From the NCBI GenBank assembly GCA_963802945.1, contig CAWDKY010000030.1, forward strand, positions 96,001 to 160,000: DNA of 64,000 nucleotides, given 5' to 3'. The DNA is from an uncultured delta proteobacterium (lineage in GTDB: Bacteria; Desulfobacterota; RBG-13-43-22). The notes below the pieces were generated by a model that was given only the letters and a program-made list of their open reading frames with translations, had not been told where the DNA came from and searched no databases. The position numbers and the translations under genes are program-made. Numbering within the stretch: the stretch's first letter is position 1; each line of letters begins with the position of its first letter. This document shows, piece by piece, positions 51,339-61,564 of this stretch.

Positions 51339-52265
51339 TCAATCTTGGGTCACATCGACCGGAATACCTTGTTTTTCTTCCAGGGTTTTCAGTATTAAGT
51401 TCTGATTCACCCGTTCGGTCAAGCCTAATGACTTAATTTTTTTTAATCCATACCCGGTCAAGTCAGATACTTTCTGATAAACATCCGGATGGACTTCCAG
51501 AAAAATCCTTCCTTGTTTCCAACCCACTTTGACCGGTTCATAAATAAGCTCAACCGGTGTTTTGGCCTCCACCATGACAAACAGCTTTTCAATATCTTCA
51601 GGATAAAGACGAATACAGCCATGGGTCACCAACCGGCCTACGGCCCAGGGAAAGTTGGTCCCATGAATCCCGTATCCCGGGATGGATAGGCCCAGCCAAT
51701 AATCCCCCAAAGGGTTATCCGGACCGGGAGGCATGACTTTCATCTGATATTTTTCCTGTAGAGACTCAGGAATATGCCAGGCAGGGTTTTTTCTTTTTTC
51801 CGTGATATGGAAAATCCCCTCAGGACTGAACCAGCCCTGATCCCCAATTCCAATGGGGTAGGTTCTTACCATCTGTATGGAATTTAAATAATAATATAAA
51901 CGCATCTCGGCGATGTTTATCACAATACCAAACTTCAGGGTTTGCGGCAGGATCCATTGACTGGGAATGATGAGCTTCGTCCCCACCTTCGGCACCCAGG
52001 GATCGATGTTGGAATATAAATTCTCCATCTCATTAAACCCCAAATCATGATCCCGGGCCACATCCAATAAAGTGTCTTTTTCTTTTATGGTATATTCCCC
52101 CAAAAGACCGATAACCGTATCGGCCTTGGAATCCACTGTGAGCTTGGGGTTTGGAAAGTGGTAAGGATAGGCCCCGGCAGCCCATAATTTTATGGAAAAA
52201 ACAAGAGACCCCAATATACATAGGCCAGCCAGAATAAGGAAACTTGGACAATAAATTCTTCTCAT
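51339..52265 (-). CDS. L,D-transpeptidase (YkuD/ErfK family) with LysM-like domain
   Basis: DTLLDVAR, INIAEMRLY, PGPDNPLG, YGIHGTN..THGCIRL. Confidence 0.92.
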   Translation of the reverse strand: MRRIYCPSFLILAGLCILGSLVFSIKLWAAGAYPYHFPNPKLTVDSKADTVIGLLGEYTIKEKDTLLDVARDHDLGFNEMENLYSNIDPWVPKVGTKLIIPSQWILPQTLKFGIVINIAEMRLYYYLNSIQMVRTYPIGIGDQGWFSPEGIFHITEKRKNPAWHIPESLQEKYQMKVMPPGPDNPLGDYWLGLSIPGYGIHGTNFPWAVGRLVTHGCIRLYPEDIEKLFVMVEAKTPVELIYEPVKVGWKQGRIFLEVHPDVYQKVSDLTGYGLKKIKSLGLTERVNQNLILKTLEEKQGIPVDVTQD

Positions 52266-52492
52266 GCTTATCCTTGATAATTCATAAAAGTCCCAGAAAT
52301 AATCATTTGTTTGGGGCTGCTACGGACTTCTTCTGATGCTCTTTAAATTGAATCACTTTACCATTTATTGAGCTGCCCTTCACAATCCTTCAATTATAGC
52401 CGGCGGTCTTGCCATTTCTGGGCTGTTTTGGCCGCTGCAGTGATCGAAACGGCATATCCCTGTTAATTACCTAACTATCTTAGTGTTAGGAG

Positions 52493-53479
52493 CTATTCAA
52501 CCCTTTCAGACAGATCTTTGGAGTGGAAAGTTAAGAAAATTTCGTAAATGTTTTTAGGAAAGCCTTCGGGCAGTGCCGGCAATGGATCGGATTTTTTTAA
52601 AGTGCGAAGAACTTCCTCGTCAAAGGCCTCAATGCCAGATTTCCGTTCGAAGTGATAATTTTCGATGTGGCCGTTCCGACTGATGAGAATCATGACTACG
52701 GCCGAGATATCTTTCCTTTTTATCAGCCCTTCGGGCAAGACCCAGTTTTTTTTAATCCGACTCAACAAAGAGGCATGATACAACTGCAGATGAATCCCCG
52801 AACCATCAGGCATCCCCGGTACGGAAGAAGTGACGTCCCCCGAACCTCCAGTCCCTGTCCCTTGCCCGGCCGGGTAACCTGACTGTTTTTTCTTTTCGAG
52901 TTGGGCCAGTGCTTTTTCCAGAGTCTGTTCATTTTTGACCTTGTCTTCTAATTGACTCAAGGTCTTTCCTAAGGTTTTTTCCTGTTGCACTTTTCCCCTT
53001 AATTGTTTCATGGCCTGATCTAATGCCTTAGACTGGTCTTCAACCTGATGAGATTTTTTCGGAACCGGTTTGGGCTCTTCCAGAGGGGAAGGTGGAGAAG
53101 GGGTGACGAGTTGCACTTTTTTCCTTAATTGTTCCATGACCTGATCCAACGTCTTAGTCCGGTCTTTAACTTGAGAAGGTTTTTCCGGAATTGGTTTGGG
53201 TATGACGACAGGCTTGGGTTCTATTCGGGGGGGTGGCGAAGAAGGGATGACGAACGGTTGTTCCGATTTTTGGTTATTGCCGATCGGTCCACTGTCGGGC
53301 AAGGAGACCAGATCGACGACATAGGACGGCTCTATTTTTTTGACCGTGCCGGCCCTGGGAAAAATATTCAGAAAGATAGCCAAGATGAAAAGGTGCAGAC
53401 CAAGAGAAATGGAAATCATCTTCATCCATTGTGTTTCCCAGGAAGGTCTATTCCAGGAAGAAAATGTCTTGACGCTCAT
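52493..53479 (-). CDS. TolA/TonB-like protein
   Basis: SLGLH TM motif, Pro-rich linker, C-terminal IKKNW..SGIEAFD..SDPLP domain. Confidence 0.8.
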   Translation of the reverse strand: MSVKTFSSWNRPSWETQWMKMISISLGLHLFILAIFLNIFPRAGTVKKIEPSYVVDLVSLPDSGPIGNNQKSEQPFVIPSSPPPRIEPKPVVIPKPIPEKPSQVKDRTKTLDQVMEQLRKKVQLVTPSPPSPLEEPKPVPKKSHQVEDQSKALDQAMKQLRGKVQQEKTLGKTLSQLEDKVKNEQTLEKALAQLEKKKQSGYPAGQGTGTGGSGDVTSSVPGMPDGSGIHLQLYHASLLSRIKKNWVLPEGLIKRKDISAVVMILISRNGHIENYHFERKSGIEAFDEEVLRTLKKSDPLPALPEGFPKNIYEIFLTFHSKDLSERVE

Positions 53480-53919
53480 TTCTTTTCTTCAGCTGCGTCT
53501 GTTACCATACTAAAAAAGGGTTGGGGACAAATTTTTTATTAATTTTTTAAAACGCCTTATTCATAGATCCAACTACATGATATTCTTGATTGTGGATCGG
53601 CACCCAGCTCATCGGGCAAAATTGGGAAAGCAATATCTCGATGCCGTCTCCGTCGGCTCTTAAATATACACGAAATCTAGGTTGTTTGTTGCCTCGGAGG
53701 CTGCCGAATAAGTTCCCGTAAAGGCGCCTCCGGTTAAAAACCCCTGTCATCCGTCCCAAAATAAAAACTCCACCTCTCTTTTAAGAAATAAAGACTATCA
53801 ATCTACCATTGGGACTCCTTTAGGAACCTGATATTTCGTTGATTATTAATTGAAATATCGGATCGAGTACTACCTAAAAGAGAAATCGGCATTAATTTCG
53901 TCAATGAATGTTTGGTTCA

Positions 53920-55683
53920 TTAAAGTTTTTTATCCTCTTTCTGTTTCCTCAAAGCCCGATTATAAACAACAATAATACTCCTTCGGGTGATCAACCCAAT
54001 TAAGTGACGAGGGTTGCCTCGCTCAACCACTGGGATTCGTCCGATATCTCTTTCCCCTATTTTCTCCAAGGCGGCCCTTAGACTTTCATCGGGATAAGAG
54101 ACAATTATCTCTTTGGTCATAATTTCTTTTACCGGAATTTTGGGATTACCGGAAACGAAGGCTTTAGTGATATCTTGATGAGTCACTACCCCCACTAAAT
54201 TACCTTTAAGATCAACAACAGGAAATCCTACATGATGAGTAGATTGGATCATCCGTATGGCATCTGTGACAGAAGTAGTTTCATCCATGGTGTTTAAATT
54301 CTTAAACATGGCTTCAGAAACCTTTATTCTATCCATTAAGTCCAGACCTTGAATATTTTGGAAATCGATCCCTCTTCTTCTCAGCTTCAAGGTATAAATG
54401 GAATCTTTTGTAAATTCCCTGACTACTACTGTGGAGGTGATACAAGTAATCATTAGAGGCAGGATGATCTTATAATCCCCGGTCATTTCAAATAAGATGA
54501 GGATGGCGGAAACCGGGGCATGAGCGGCCCCAGCAAAAACCGCTCCCATTCCCACTAACGCGCAGGCCCCTGGAGGAATAGCAATAGTAGGGAGCAACAG
54601 TTGAGTAAGCTTACCAAAAACTTCCCCTAACATAGCACCAATAAACAAGGAAGGAGCAAAAACTCCTCCGGACCCCCCTGAACCCAGGGTTACCGAGGTA
54701 GCCACAATTTTTGCCAGGACGAGAATAATGACTACCAGCGCAGAAATTTTTCCATATAAAGCTAATTCTATGGATTCATACCCCACTCCGAAGACCTGAG
54801 GGAAATAGAGTCCGATTAACCCGATCATCAATCCACCAATAGCAGGTTTTGTGTATTCAGGGAGCTTCCAGAAGTCAAAGATATCCTCGCATTTATAGAG
54901 TATTTTAATAAAGAGTAGCGCAGTTAAGGCAGCCAAAAACCCAAAGATAAAATAAAGCGGAATCTCCCAGGCACTTAACAACTGATAGGCCGGAGTCAAA
55001 AATGCAGGATGATCTCCCAGAAAATGTCTGGAGATTACCGTAGCCGTTACCGAGGAGAGGACGACCGCGGAAAAGAATCTGATACCATACTCCCCTAAAA
55101 TAACCTCTAAGGCAAAAAAAATTCCAGCCAGAGGGGCATTAAAAGTTGAAGCAATTCCCCCTGCTGCCCCACAGGCGACCAAAATCCTGACTTTCTCTTC
55201 AGGGAGTTTAAATAACTGCCCTAAGCCTGAACCTAAAGCAGAACCAATTTGAACGATAGGACCTTCTCGACCTGCAGAACCTCCAGAACCAATGCAGATT
55301 GATGAAACTAACGCTTTAATCGCCGCCACCCTTAACCTGATCCTGCCTCCTGAAGCGGCCACTGCCAACATAACCTCTGGGACCCCGTGTCCCTTAGTCT
55401 CTTTGGCATAACGATTGATTATAGGTCCAATAATTATACCTCCCAAGGCCGGGATAAGGATGACATAGTAGGCCCCCATAAATCGGAGAAGATGATGCCC
55501 TTGATCAAAGAAAAGGATAGTGAAATTCTTTATCAGCCAACGGAAGATAATTGCTCCGAAACCCGATCCAATTCCTACTACCACAGAAAAGACTAATAGA
55601 AATATTGCTTCAGAGGTTCGAAGAAAGGGTATTAGTCCTAAAATTTTTTCTTTAATTTTCAGTTGGCCTATTGTTAATTCCAT
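53920..55683 (-). CDS. ClC chloride channel/antiporter with two CBS domains
   Basis: GHGVPE, GREGP, FNAPLAG, GVFAP; CBS pair at C-terminus. Confidence 0.93.
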   Translation of the reverse strand: MELTIGQLKIKEKILGLIPFLRTSEAIFLLVFSVVVGIGSGFGAIIFRWLIKNFTILFFDQGHHLLRFMGAYYVILIPALGGIIIGPIINRYAKETKGHGVPEVMLAVAASGGRIRLRVAAIKALVSSICIGSGGSAGREGPIVQIGSALGSGLGQLFKLPEEKVRILVACGAAGGIASTFNAPLAGIFFALEVILGEYGIRFFSAVVLSSVTATVISRHFLGDHPAFLTPAYQLLSAWEIPLYFIFGFLAALTALLFIKILYKCEDIFDFWKLPEYTKPAIGGLMIGLIGLYFPQVFGVGYESIELALYGKISALVVIILVLAKIVATSVTLGSGGSGGVFAPSLFIGAMLGEVFGKLTQLLLPTIAIPPGACALVGMGAVFAGAAHAPVSAILILFEMTGDYKIILPLMITCITSTVVVREFTKDSIYTLKLRRRGIDFQNIQGLDLMDRIKVSEAMFKNLNTMDETTSVTDAIRMIQSTHHVGFPVVDLKGNLVGVVTHQDITKAFVSGNPKIPVKEIMTKEIIVSYPDESLRAALEKIGERDIGRIPVVERGNPRHLIGLITRRSIIVVYNRALRKQKEDKKL

Positions 55684-55978
55684 CCCTATATCCTGTCGAT
55701 AAATATAAAATTTTTGCTATAGTACGGCATTAGGAGAAAATATATGTTTATACCATGAGGAATTATATCCTTGGGGTGGGACCATTCATTTGGGGATGTC
55801 CGCCATCGATTAGTGTTAGAAATCTTGCCTGGCGGGCTAAAATTCAAAAATAAGATTTCATGAAGAACCCGTCAAACCATCTCGAAAATTGCCTCACTGC
55901 ACTGAATTCTTCGATCACAGTTGAATAGGGAGCTGGCGCCGGTCTGTTGCCGCTTATGAACTTTTGAGGCACGCCTCT

Positions 55979-56034
55979 ATTAGAGCTATAGCGGGCAGAG
56001 GTTTCCAACTCCCCCTCGTCAAACCGTATGTAAG
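55979..56034 (-). mobile_element. Group II intron 3' remnant (half of domain V + domain VI)
   Basis: cttacatacggtttgacgagggggagttgg...tagctctaat resembles the DV/DVI consensus ..CGGTTTGACGAGGGGG.. Confidence 0.5.
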
Positions 56035-56240
56035 GAATGAGACCATCCTTATTTTTTTAACAAAGCCACCGGGAAAGGTTATTAAAATAGCCCTAATAAT
56101 GGACCATTTGTTTATTTTTGAATCAACGTCGCCTCTAATTAGTAAGAGTCAAGAATAGAGTTGACCCCTTTCCTCTAGATATGGTGGCTTCAGATCATAG
56201 ATTATTCTAATTAGTCCCCCACCATTGGTTTTTTACTTGG

Positions 56241-57674
56241 CTAATCTCCCGCGGGATTTTTTCCTTTACATCTTTCCAGTTTCGGGTCCATCCAGGGAAG
56301 GACTTTTTCCGCCGGTACCAAGTACGTGGGGCCCCACCAGGAACATTTATCCGTCCACTTATAAGGCGGAATATTCATGGCCACCTTTTGTTGATCGGGT
56401 GGGACATATTCGATGATATAAGTATCCTGAATCGTATTGTGATCGCAGGGCCGCATTTTATTGACATGGCCGTCTACGTATTGGTAGGTGTCCCCCTCCC
56501 AGACCTTGATGATCTTTTCGGGATCCGTACTTTTAGCCCTTTCGATGACGCTCAAAAGCCAATAAAACTCCATGGTTAAAGCATCCCACCCCTGCGAGTA
56601 AACCAAATGATTATAAGGTGCTTTGAATCTTTTATACGCGTCCGTCCAAATTTTATGGTATTTAATCTGCTCCGGTGTTTTGAAGAACGGAGTGGTGGGC
56701 CCATAAGGGGTGGCCAACTGCAAGCCTTTGGTAGCCTCAACTCCCAGGTCGGCCATGGTAGCGTAGTTAGTTATGTAAATGTGGGCAAAAGGAAGGTTGA
56801 GCCCCATTGCTCTGGATTGTTTGACCAGATTGGTGGCATCAGGATCCCAATCCCCGGTGTAAATGACCTCGGCTCCGGAGGCCTTTATCTTGGAAATATA
56901 AGGGGCATAGTCGGTCGCGAACAGCTTATGAAAATCCTCGCCGACGACCTGGGCCTCAGGATAGTATTCCTTTAACCCTTTTTTGAAGTTTTCAGCCATG
57001 TCATGGCCAAACGAGTAGTCCTGGCAGAGGATGTAGAACTTTTTTTCTTTTTTCCTGATCTTGCCGTAAAAATAGGCGAAAGAACGGCCAACCTGTGAAG
57101 TCTGCCACCAGGTCATAAAGGCATAGCGGGAAAAATTTTGGGCATCCTGGAGTTCTTCAGTTAAGGAAATAAAGTTCACGGAAATGATCTTATATTTATC
57201 GGCCGTTTGGTTCATGACTTTCACAAATTGGCTGCCGTCGGCCCCCCAAAGGAATTTGACCCCTTCCTGCAGAACCATCTGTTCACAAATCTTCTTGGCC
57301 TGGTCGGGCCTCGACATCGTATCGGCCTTGAAGAGCTGAATCAGCTTCTTTTTGCCGTCAACCATGATCCCGCCCCTCTTGTTGTAATCGTGGGCTGCCC
57401 AGTTGGCTTCGAGCCAGTAACCTTCACCATTCCCCGCGGCCGGACCGGAAAAGGCACCCACCACAGCGATCTTGATGGTGTCCCCGGTGGGGATCACCGG
57501 GTTGCTGGGATCGAAGTCTGACATGTCAGCCATTTTGTTGACCTCAAATCTGGCTTTCACCGCCGGCGCTTTGGCTTTCTCCGCCGCCATACCCAGGGTC
57601 GGACTCAGGGCTGTTACCAGGAAGAAAAAAGAAAAAACACAGAGAAACATTAAAATTCCTTTACCCTTTTTCAT
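56241..57674 (-). CDS. ABC transporter substrate-binding protein (LivJ/branched-chain type), orphan
   Basis: Signal peptide, IKIAVVGAFSGPAA, QDYSFGH, DYAPYISKIKASGAEVI. Confidence 0.85.
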   Translation of the reverse strand: MKKGKGILMFLCVFSFFFLVTALSPTLGMAAEKAKAPAVKARFEVNKMADMSDFDPSNPVIPTGDTIKIAVVGAFSGPAAGNGEGYWLEANWAAHDYNKRGGIMVDGKKKLIQLFKADTMSRPDQAKKICEQMVLQEGVKFLWGADGSQFVKVMNQTADKYKIISVNFISLTEELQDAQNFSRYAFMTWWQTSQVGRSFAYFYGKIRKKEKKFYILCQDYSFGHDMAENFKKGLKEYYPEAQVVGEDFHKLFATDYAPYISKIKASGAEVIYTGDWDPDATNLVKQSRAMGLNLPFAHIYITNYATMADLGVEATKGLQLATPYGPTTPFFKTPEQIKYHKIWTDAYKRFKAPYNHLVYSQGWDALTMEFYWLLSVIERAKSTDPEKIIKVWEGDTYQYVDGHVNKMRPCDHNTIQDTYIIEYVPPDQQKVAMNIPPYKWTDKCSWWGPTYLVPAEKVLPWMDPKLERCKGKNPAGD

Positions 57675-57942
57675 TTTAAACCTCCTTAAAAAATTAAGAT
57701 GTTAAAAGCAAAACGTCTACTCCTGAAACAACCTCATCTATTTTTTTCTGGCAAGAACCCTCCTTTCCTTATGGCCTCCAAACTTAGGACAACGTGGTCC
57801 GAATCCCTGCAATGTCTGAAATGAATGGTTCGGTACAATGTATATTAGAAATAATTCCCTCTTTTTTGGACCGAGGCATTGCTTTTCTCTGTGCTTCTCT
57901 AAAAAGAGCTTCGAATTACGTCAAGCCTTCTTATTGATATAA

Positions 57943-58473
57943 CTATTCAACCTTTTCCGACAGAGTTAATGTCTCGCGTTTAAGTGGAGAGGGAACATAG
58001 ACAAGATTGATTTCTATCTTTCCCAGGGCCTTTTCTTTAATAGCGGTTTTAGGGATCGTGACGTCTAAAGACCCATCGGTACTTTCTCCCGGCTGAAGGG
58101 CCTTCCAAAAGGGATTAACCTTCACTATTTTCTCTCCGGAACTGAAAGGAATTATATTCCCAGCTTCATTAAAGTATTCGAGAGTAACCGCTTGGATGTC
58201 CAAAACCTCCTTCGATTTGTTGGTGATCTTGATGTTGCCCTTGAGACTCGGTGTCTCGACGACCTCTTTAGAAGCCGTGTCAACAGTCATCGCCACTGTA
58301 AGATCGCTGAGCTCCACTGAAAAATTTTCACTCTTAACCTCTGCCTTTGGATGAACCAAATTTTTGATGACTTGTTCCTGTTTGGGAGCTTCTACTTTCT
58401 GTTCCTTCTTGCAACCCAAAAAACCAACGGCCAGACATAAAGTTAATAATATGACAATTTTTGTAAAACGCAT
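57943..58473 (-). CDS. Hypothetical lipoprotein
   Basis: Lipobox FLGC, RBS ggagg. Confidence 0.7.
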   Translation of the reverse strand: MRFTKIVILLTLCLAVGFLGCKKEQKVEAPKQEQVIKNLVHPKAEVKSENFSVELSDLTVAMTVDTASKEVVETPSLKGNIKITNKSKEVLDIQAVTLEYFNEAGNIIPFSSGEKIVKVNPFWKALQPGESTDGSLDVTIPKTAIKEKALGKIEINLVYVPSPLKRETLTLSEKVE

Positions 58474-58854
58474 TTACTGCCTCCCTTTCTTGGTTCGTGG
58501 TTATCAGTAAGATAAGACCATTAAACCCGGTGTACTCTTCCATCCGGCTTTTCCTTCTCTCGAACGTGTCTTCTTCACTTTCCCCAATCGTCTCACCATC
58601 AGATAGTGCTCTCAAAAACGTCCAAAACACTCAAAGCCAGGCTGAACGGAATTATTTTGAGGTTCTAATAAATATTACAGGCGTTTTTATATTTTTTCTG
58701 AAATTCAGGAGTGTTAGGTTTGGGTGGGGGTCTCTGATTGGTTTGACAAAAGCCCACCTGTCCTAAAATCTTGTTGATTTTTTGGATGGGTGCTGTATTT
58801 GTTATTGAATAACCGAACGGAGGACTCATTGACTCAATATCTAAAAATTATTAC

Positions 58855-59403
58855 TCATTTTTTATTAGGGTCCCCTTGCCGAAAGGGTGCGATCTTTGTT
58901 TGCTTAGCTCTTTTTTCTCGCTTGAGAGGGAGGCTTACTTCCTGAGACAAAATAAGATGAGGGAGAGTGCCCTCGGCGCCCAGAATCGAAACCAACCGTT
59001 TCAGCCCTTTATTAACTTCCCTAAGTCCGTTTAGCGGTGTTTTTTCCAACCCCATGACCAATAAACCCTGAGCCACTTCCGGGGCGGCGGCCACCAGATT
59101 TTTCCCTTTGAGGGTCAATTCCACCCAGACAACCCGACGGTCTTCCTTCGACCTGGTCCTCTTTATTAGGCCATGAGACTCAAGTCGGGTGAGTACCCCG
59201 ACTACGGTTGCCGGGTGAAGATACATCCGACGGGCCAATTCGGAAACCATCATCGGAGCAGATTCTGCCAGGGATTTAATGGCCCAAAGCTGGGGGCTGG
59301 TCAGACCGGTAGTATGCTCAACCTTTTTAGAATATTCCTGAATAACCTGAAAGACTCTTCTTAAATTATCAATGGTATCGGCTATTAATTCCGATTGACC
59401 CAT
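58855..59403 (-). CDS. MarR family transcriptional regulator
   Basis: GLTSPQLW, SELARRMYLHPATV, RSKEDRRVVWVELT. Confidence 0.9.
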   Translation of the reverse strand: MGQSELIADTIDNLRRVFQVIQEYSKKVEHTTGLTSPQLWAIKSLAESAPMMVSELARRMYLHPATVVGVLTRLESHGLIKRTRSKEDRRVVWVELTLKGKNLVAAAPEVAQGLLVMGLEKTPLNGLREVNKGLKRLVSILGAEGTLPHLILSQEVSLPLKREKRAKQTKIAPFRQGDPNKK

Positions 59404-59530
59404 TTTCCACCTCAAGAAAAAAATCCTTGACATCGGTTTTTAAATATAATAATTTGTATACCAATCATTTCTACAGAAATCAATCTTTTTTTAGACTTTT
59501 TTAGCCCATCGGGAAAGGAGGTGAGCAAAA

Positions 59531-59860
59531 ATGATCTCAATAAAACAATTGATAAAGCTTATGGTGGCCCTGTCAGTCCTGTCTATTCTATGTGCTTTCA
59601 ATTCAGGATGTTCAACGACTCAAGCAGCGGTGGCGGCACCTGCAAAGGTTACCCCTGTTCCTGCTGCCGCACCTGCCCCGGCCGTAGATGTTAAAAAATG
59701 TGAATCGTTAATGAAGCGGATAGACTCGGCGGCAAGTTTGGCTGAAGCCGCGGCCAAGAAGGCTGAACTTTCAGCCCAAAAGGCGGAGATCGCTGCTGGT
59801 AAGGCCGAAAAGGCCGCTGAAAAGGTTGAGTCTATTTTTATGGAAAAAATGAAAAAGTAG
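59531..59860 (+). CDS. Ala-zipper lipoprotein (Lpp/OprI-like) ending in Lys
   Basis: Lipobox NSGC, Ala/Pro linker, AEAAAKKAE repeats, C-terminal MKK; RBS aaaggaggt. Confidence 0.7.
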   Translation: MISIKQLIKLMVALSVLSILCAFNSGCSTTQAAVAAPAKVTPVPAAAPAPAVDVKKCESLMKRIDSAASLAEAAAKKAELSAQKAEIAAGKAEKAAEKVESIFMEKMKK

Positions 59861-59930
59861 TAAACCTGTTTCCCTCACCTCCTCAGGTTGGCCGAGAGAC
59901 CGTTGATGGTTTCTCGGCCATTCTATTATA
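59844..59930 (+). repeat. 3' element copy 1 with terminator-like hairpin (59891-59918)
   Basis: Direct repeat of 60764-60848, 29-nt identical core. Confidence 0.85.
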
Positions 59931-60170
59931 AAGTTGGAAAAAATGAAAAAAAATAATGGGTAACCCTATTTCGGCTTAAGACGGTTAAAAAAGTGATTTT
60001 AAGAGCATTCAAATTCGGAGAAAAACACCAGACTAGTTCTCTAATTTATACCTCAGAATTCTTGAACGTTTTATGGACCTGTTACTTAGTGTCATGACCG
60101 GCTTTTTAGCATATTTAAGGCTGCTCAACTAGTTTAGATCTTATTTTTATTCCAAAAGGAGGACGGCACC

Positions 60171-60746
60171 ATGAATGCCAAACAAATCGTTTTTTGTACG
60201 TTGATCTTGTTATTTTTTATTTCCGGTCTTTTTCTTTTTTCTTGCAGTCACAAGGAAGTCAAAAACGAAGGGATTGTTTCCAAGCCACCGACTACCGTGG
60301 AGGATGAGGCGGAAAAGGCCAAGAAACGGGTACGTATTAAAGAACAGGAACTAAGGGAAAAGGCCCTAAGAGAAGAAGAGGCCAGACGTTTGAAAGCGGC
60401 GTCTGAAAAGGCCCTTTTCGAATCCGAGGATATTCATTTTGAATATGATCAGTATATCATATCGGATATGGACAAACAAAATTTAAATAAAAAAGCCCAC
60501 TGGTTAAAAGATTTCCCGGCGGCCAAAGCCTTGATCGAAGGCCACTGCGATGAAAGGGGTAGTGCCGAATATAACCTGGCCTTGGGTCAGAAAAGGGCCG
60601 ATGCGGCCATGAAATACCTAATTTCTCTGGGCATCAATGCCGACCGGATTTCAACGATCAGCTACGGCAAGGAAAAACCCCTGGATCCAGGGTCTAATGA
60701 GGCTGCCTGGGCCAAAAACCGCCGGGCTCATTTTGTCCTGAAATAA
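60171..60746 (+). CDS. pal: Peptidoglycan-associated lipoprotein
   Basis: Lipobox LFSC, IEGHCDERGSAEYNLALGQKRA, SYGKEKP, KNRRAHF. Confidence 0.94.
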   Translation: MNAKQIVFCTLILLFFISGLFLFSCSHKEVKNEGIVSKPPTTVEDEAEKAKKRVRIKEQELREKALREEEARRLKAASEKALFESEDIHFEYDQYIISDMDKQNLNKKAHWLKDFPAAKALIEGHCDERGSAEYNLALGQKRADAAMKYLISLGINADRISTISYGKEKPLDPGSNEAAWAKNRRAHFVLK

Positions 60747-60763
60747 ACTTCATTATTTTTATA

Positions 60764-60848
60764 AAAAAATGGAAAAGTAGTAAACCTGTTTCCCTCACCT
60801 CTAAAGATTGGCCGAGAAACCATCAGTGGTCTCTCGGCTTTTTTTATA
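60764..60848 (+). terminator. 3' element copy 2 with intrinsic terminator (60811-60845)
   Basis: gccgagaaacca..tggtctctcggc followed by T-run. Confidence 0.8.
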
Positions 60849-60940
60849 GTCCGGGGGAGCAGTCCTTTACCATATTATTCATAATTACTCCCATTTATCA
60901 GATTTATCTGAGGATCCTTTTTCAAGATGATATCGTTTTT

Positions 60941-61564
60941 CTATTTTCCCTTTTTTTCAGCTAAAAGATAAGCCTTAGCCAAGCCCGTATTGACGTGGAT
61001 CACCCCTTTATTCATATATTTCATGGGATAATCCCCGGTAATCTTTGGAAGCTTATCCGCCTGTTCCTGGTTATTGACCAAGGTACCTGCGGGGACATAA
61101 CGGGAAGGGGCCACCTTTATACCGATGAGCATCGCCCCCGGTTCAATCACACAGCCTTCTCCGACAAAGGAGCGAAAAACAAGGGCCTTCATGCCGACAA
61201 AGGTGTCATCCAGAACAACGGCCGGGCCGTGGACCAGTGACTGATGGGCCAGGGAAACGCGGCAGCCGACATACGCGGCGTATTTTTTACCTTTAATTTC
61301 ATATAGATTTTTCTCGACCGGACGACCGTCGGTTTCCGTCTCCAGGGCATGAATCACAACCCCATCCTGAACATTGGAATCATCGCCGATAAATAACGGC
61401 TGCCCTTCATCGCCTCTAATGGAGGCCATCGGTGAAACCATGATATGCTTCCCCAAGATCACATTTCCAATAACCGCTGCCAAAGGATGAACATAGGTGG
61501 TTTTGTCTATGACCGGTTTTACTGATTTGGCACTAAAATTGGTTTTTACATTTTTCCCAATCAC
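60941..61564 (-). CDS. Gamma-class carbonic anhydrase (Cam-like)
   Basis: ASIRGDEG, NVQDGVVIHALET, SLAHQSLVHGP (three His zinc ligands), hexapeptide repeats. Confidence 0.88.
   Translation of the reverse strand: MIGKNVKTNFSAKSVKPVIDKTTYVHPLAAVIGNVILGKHIMVSPMASIRGDEGQPLFIGDDSNVQDGVVIHALETETDGRPVEKNLYEIKGKKYAAYVGCRVSLAHQSLVHGPAVVLDDTFVGMKALVFRSFVGEGCVIEPGAMLIGIKVAPSRYVPAGTLVNNQEQADKLPKITGDYPMKYMNKGVIHVNTGLAKAYLLAEKKGK

Noticed and set aside
53680-53790. c-di-AMP (ydaO) riboswitch-like words on the minus strand upstream of the tolA-like gene
   Set aside because: Only scattered short similarities (ttttggg..., cagc..ccgaggc); the conserved GCUGAA start and paired stems could not be built. A covariance-model search is needed.
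55690-55970. Fluoride riboswitch upstream of the ClC gene
   Set aside because: No GGCGAUG...CUGAUG/CUAC pattern seen, and the protein has Cl-type GHGVP/GREGP motifs rather than CLC-F motifs.
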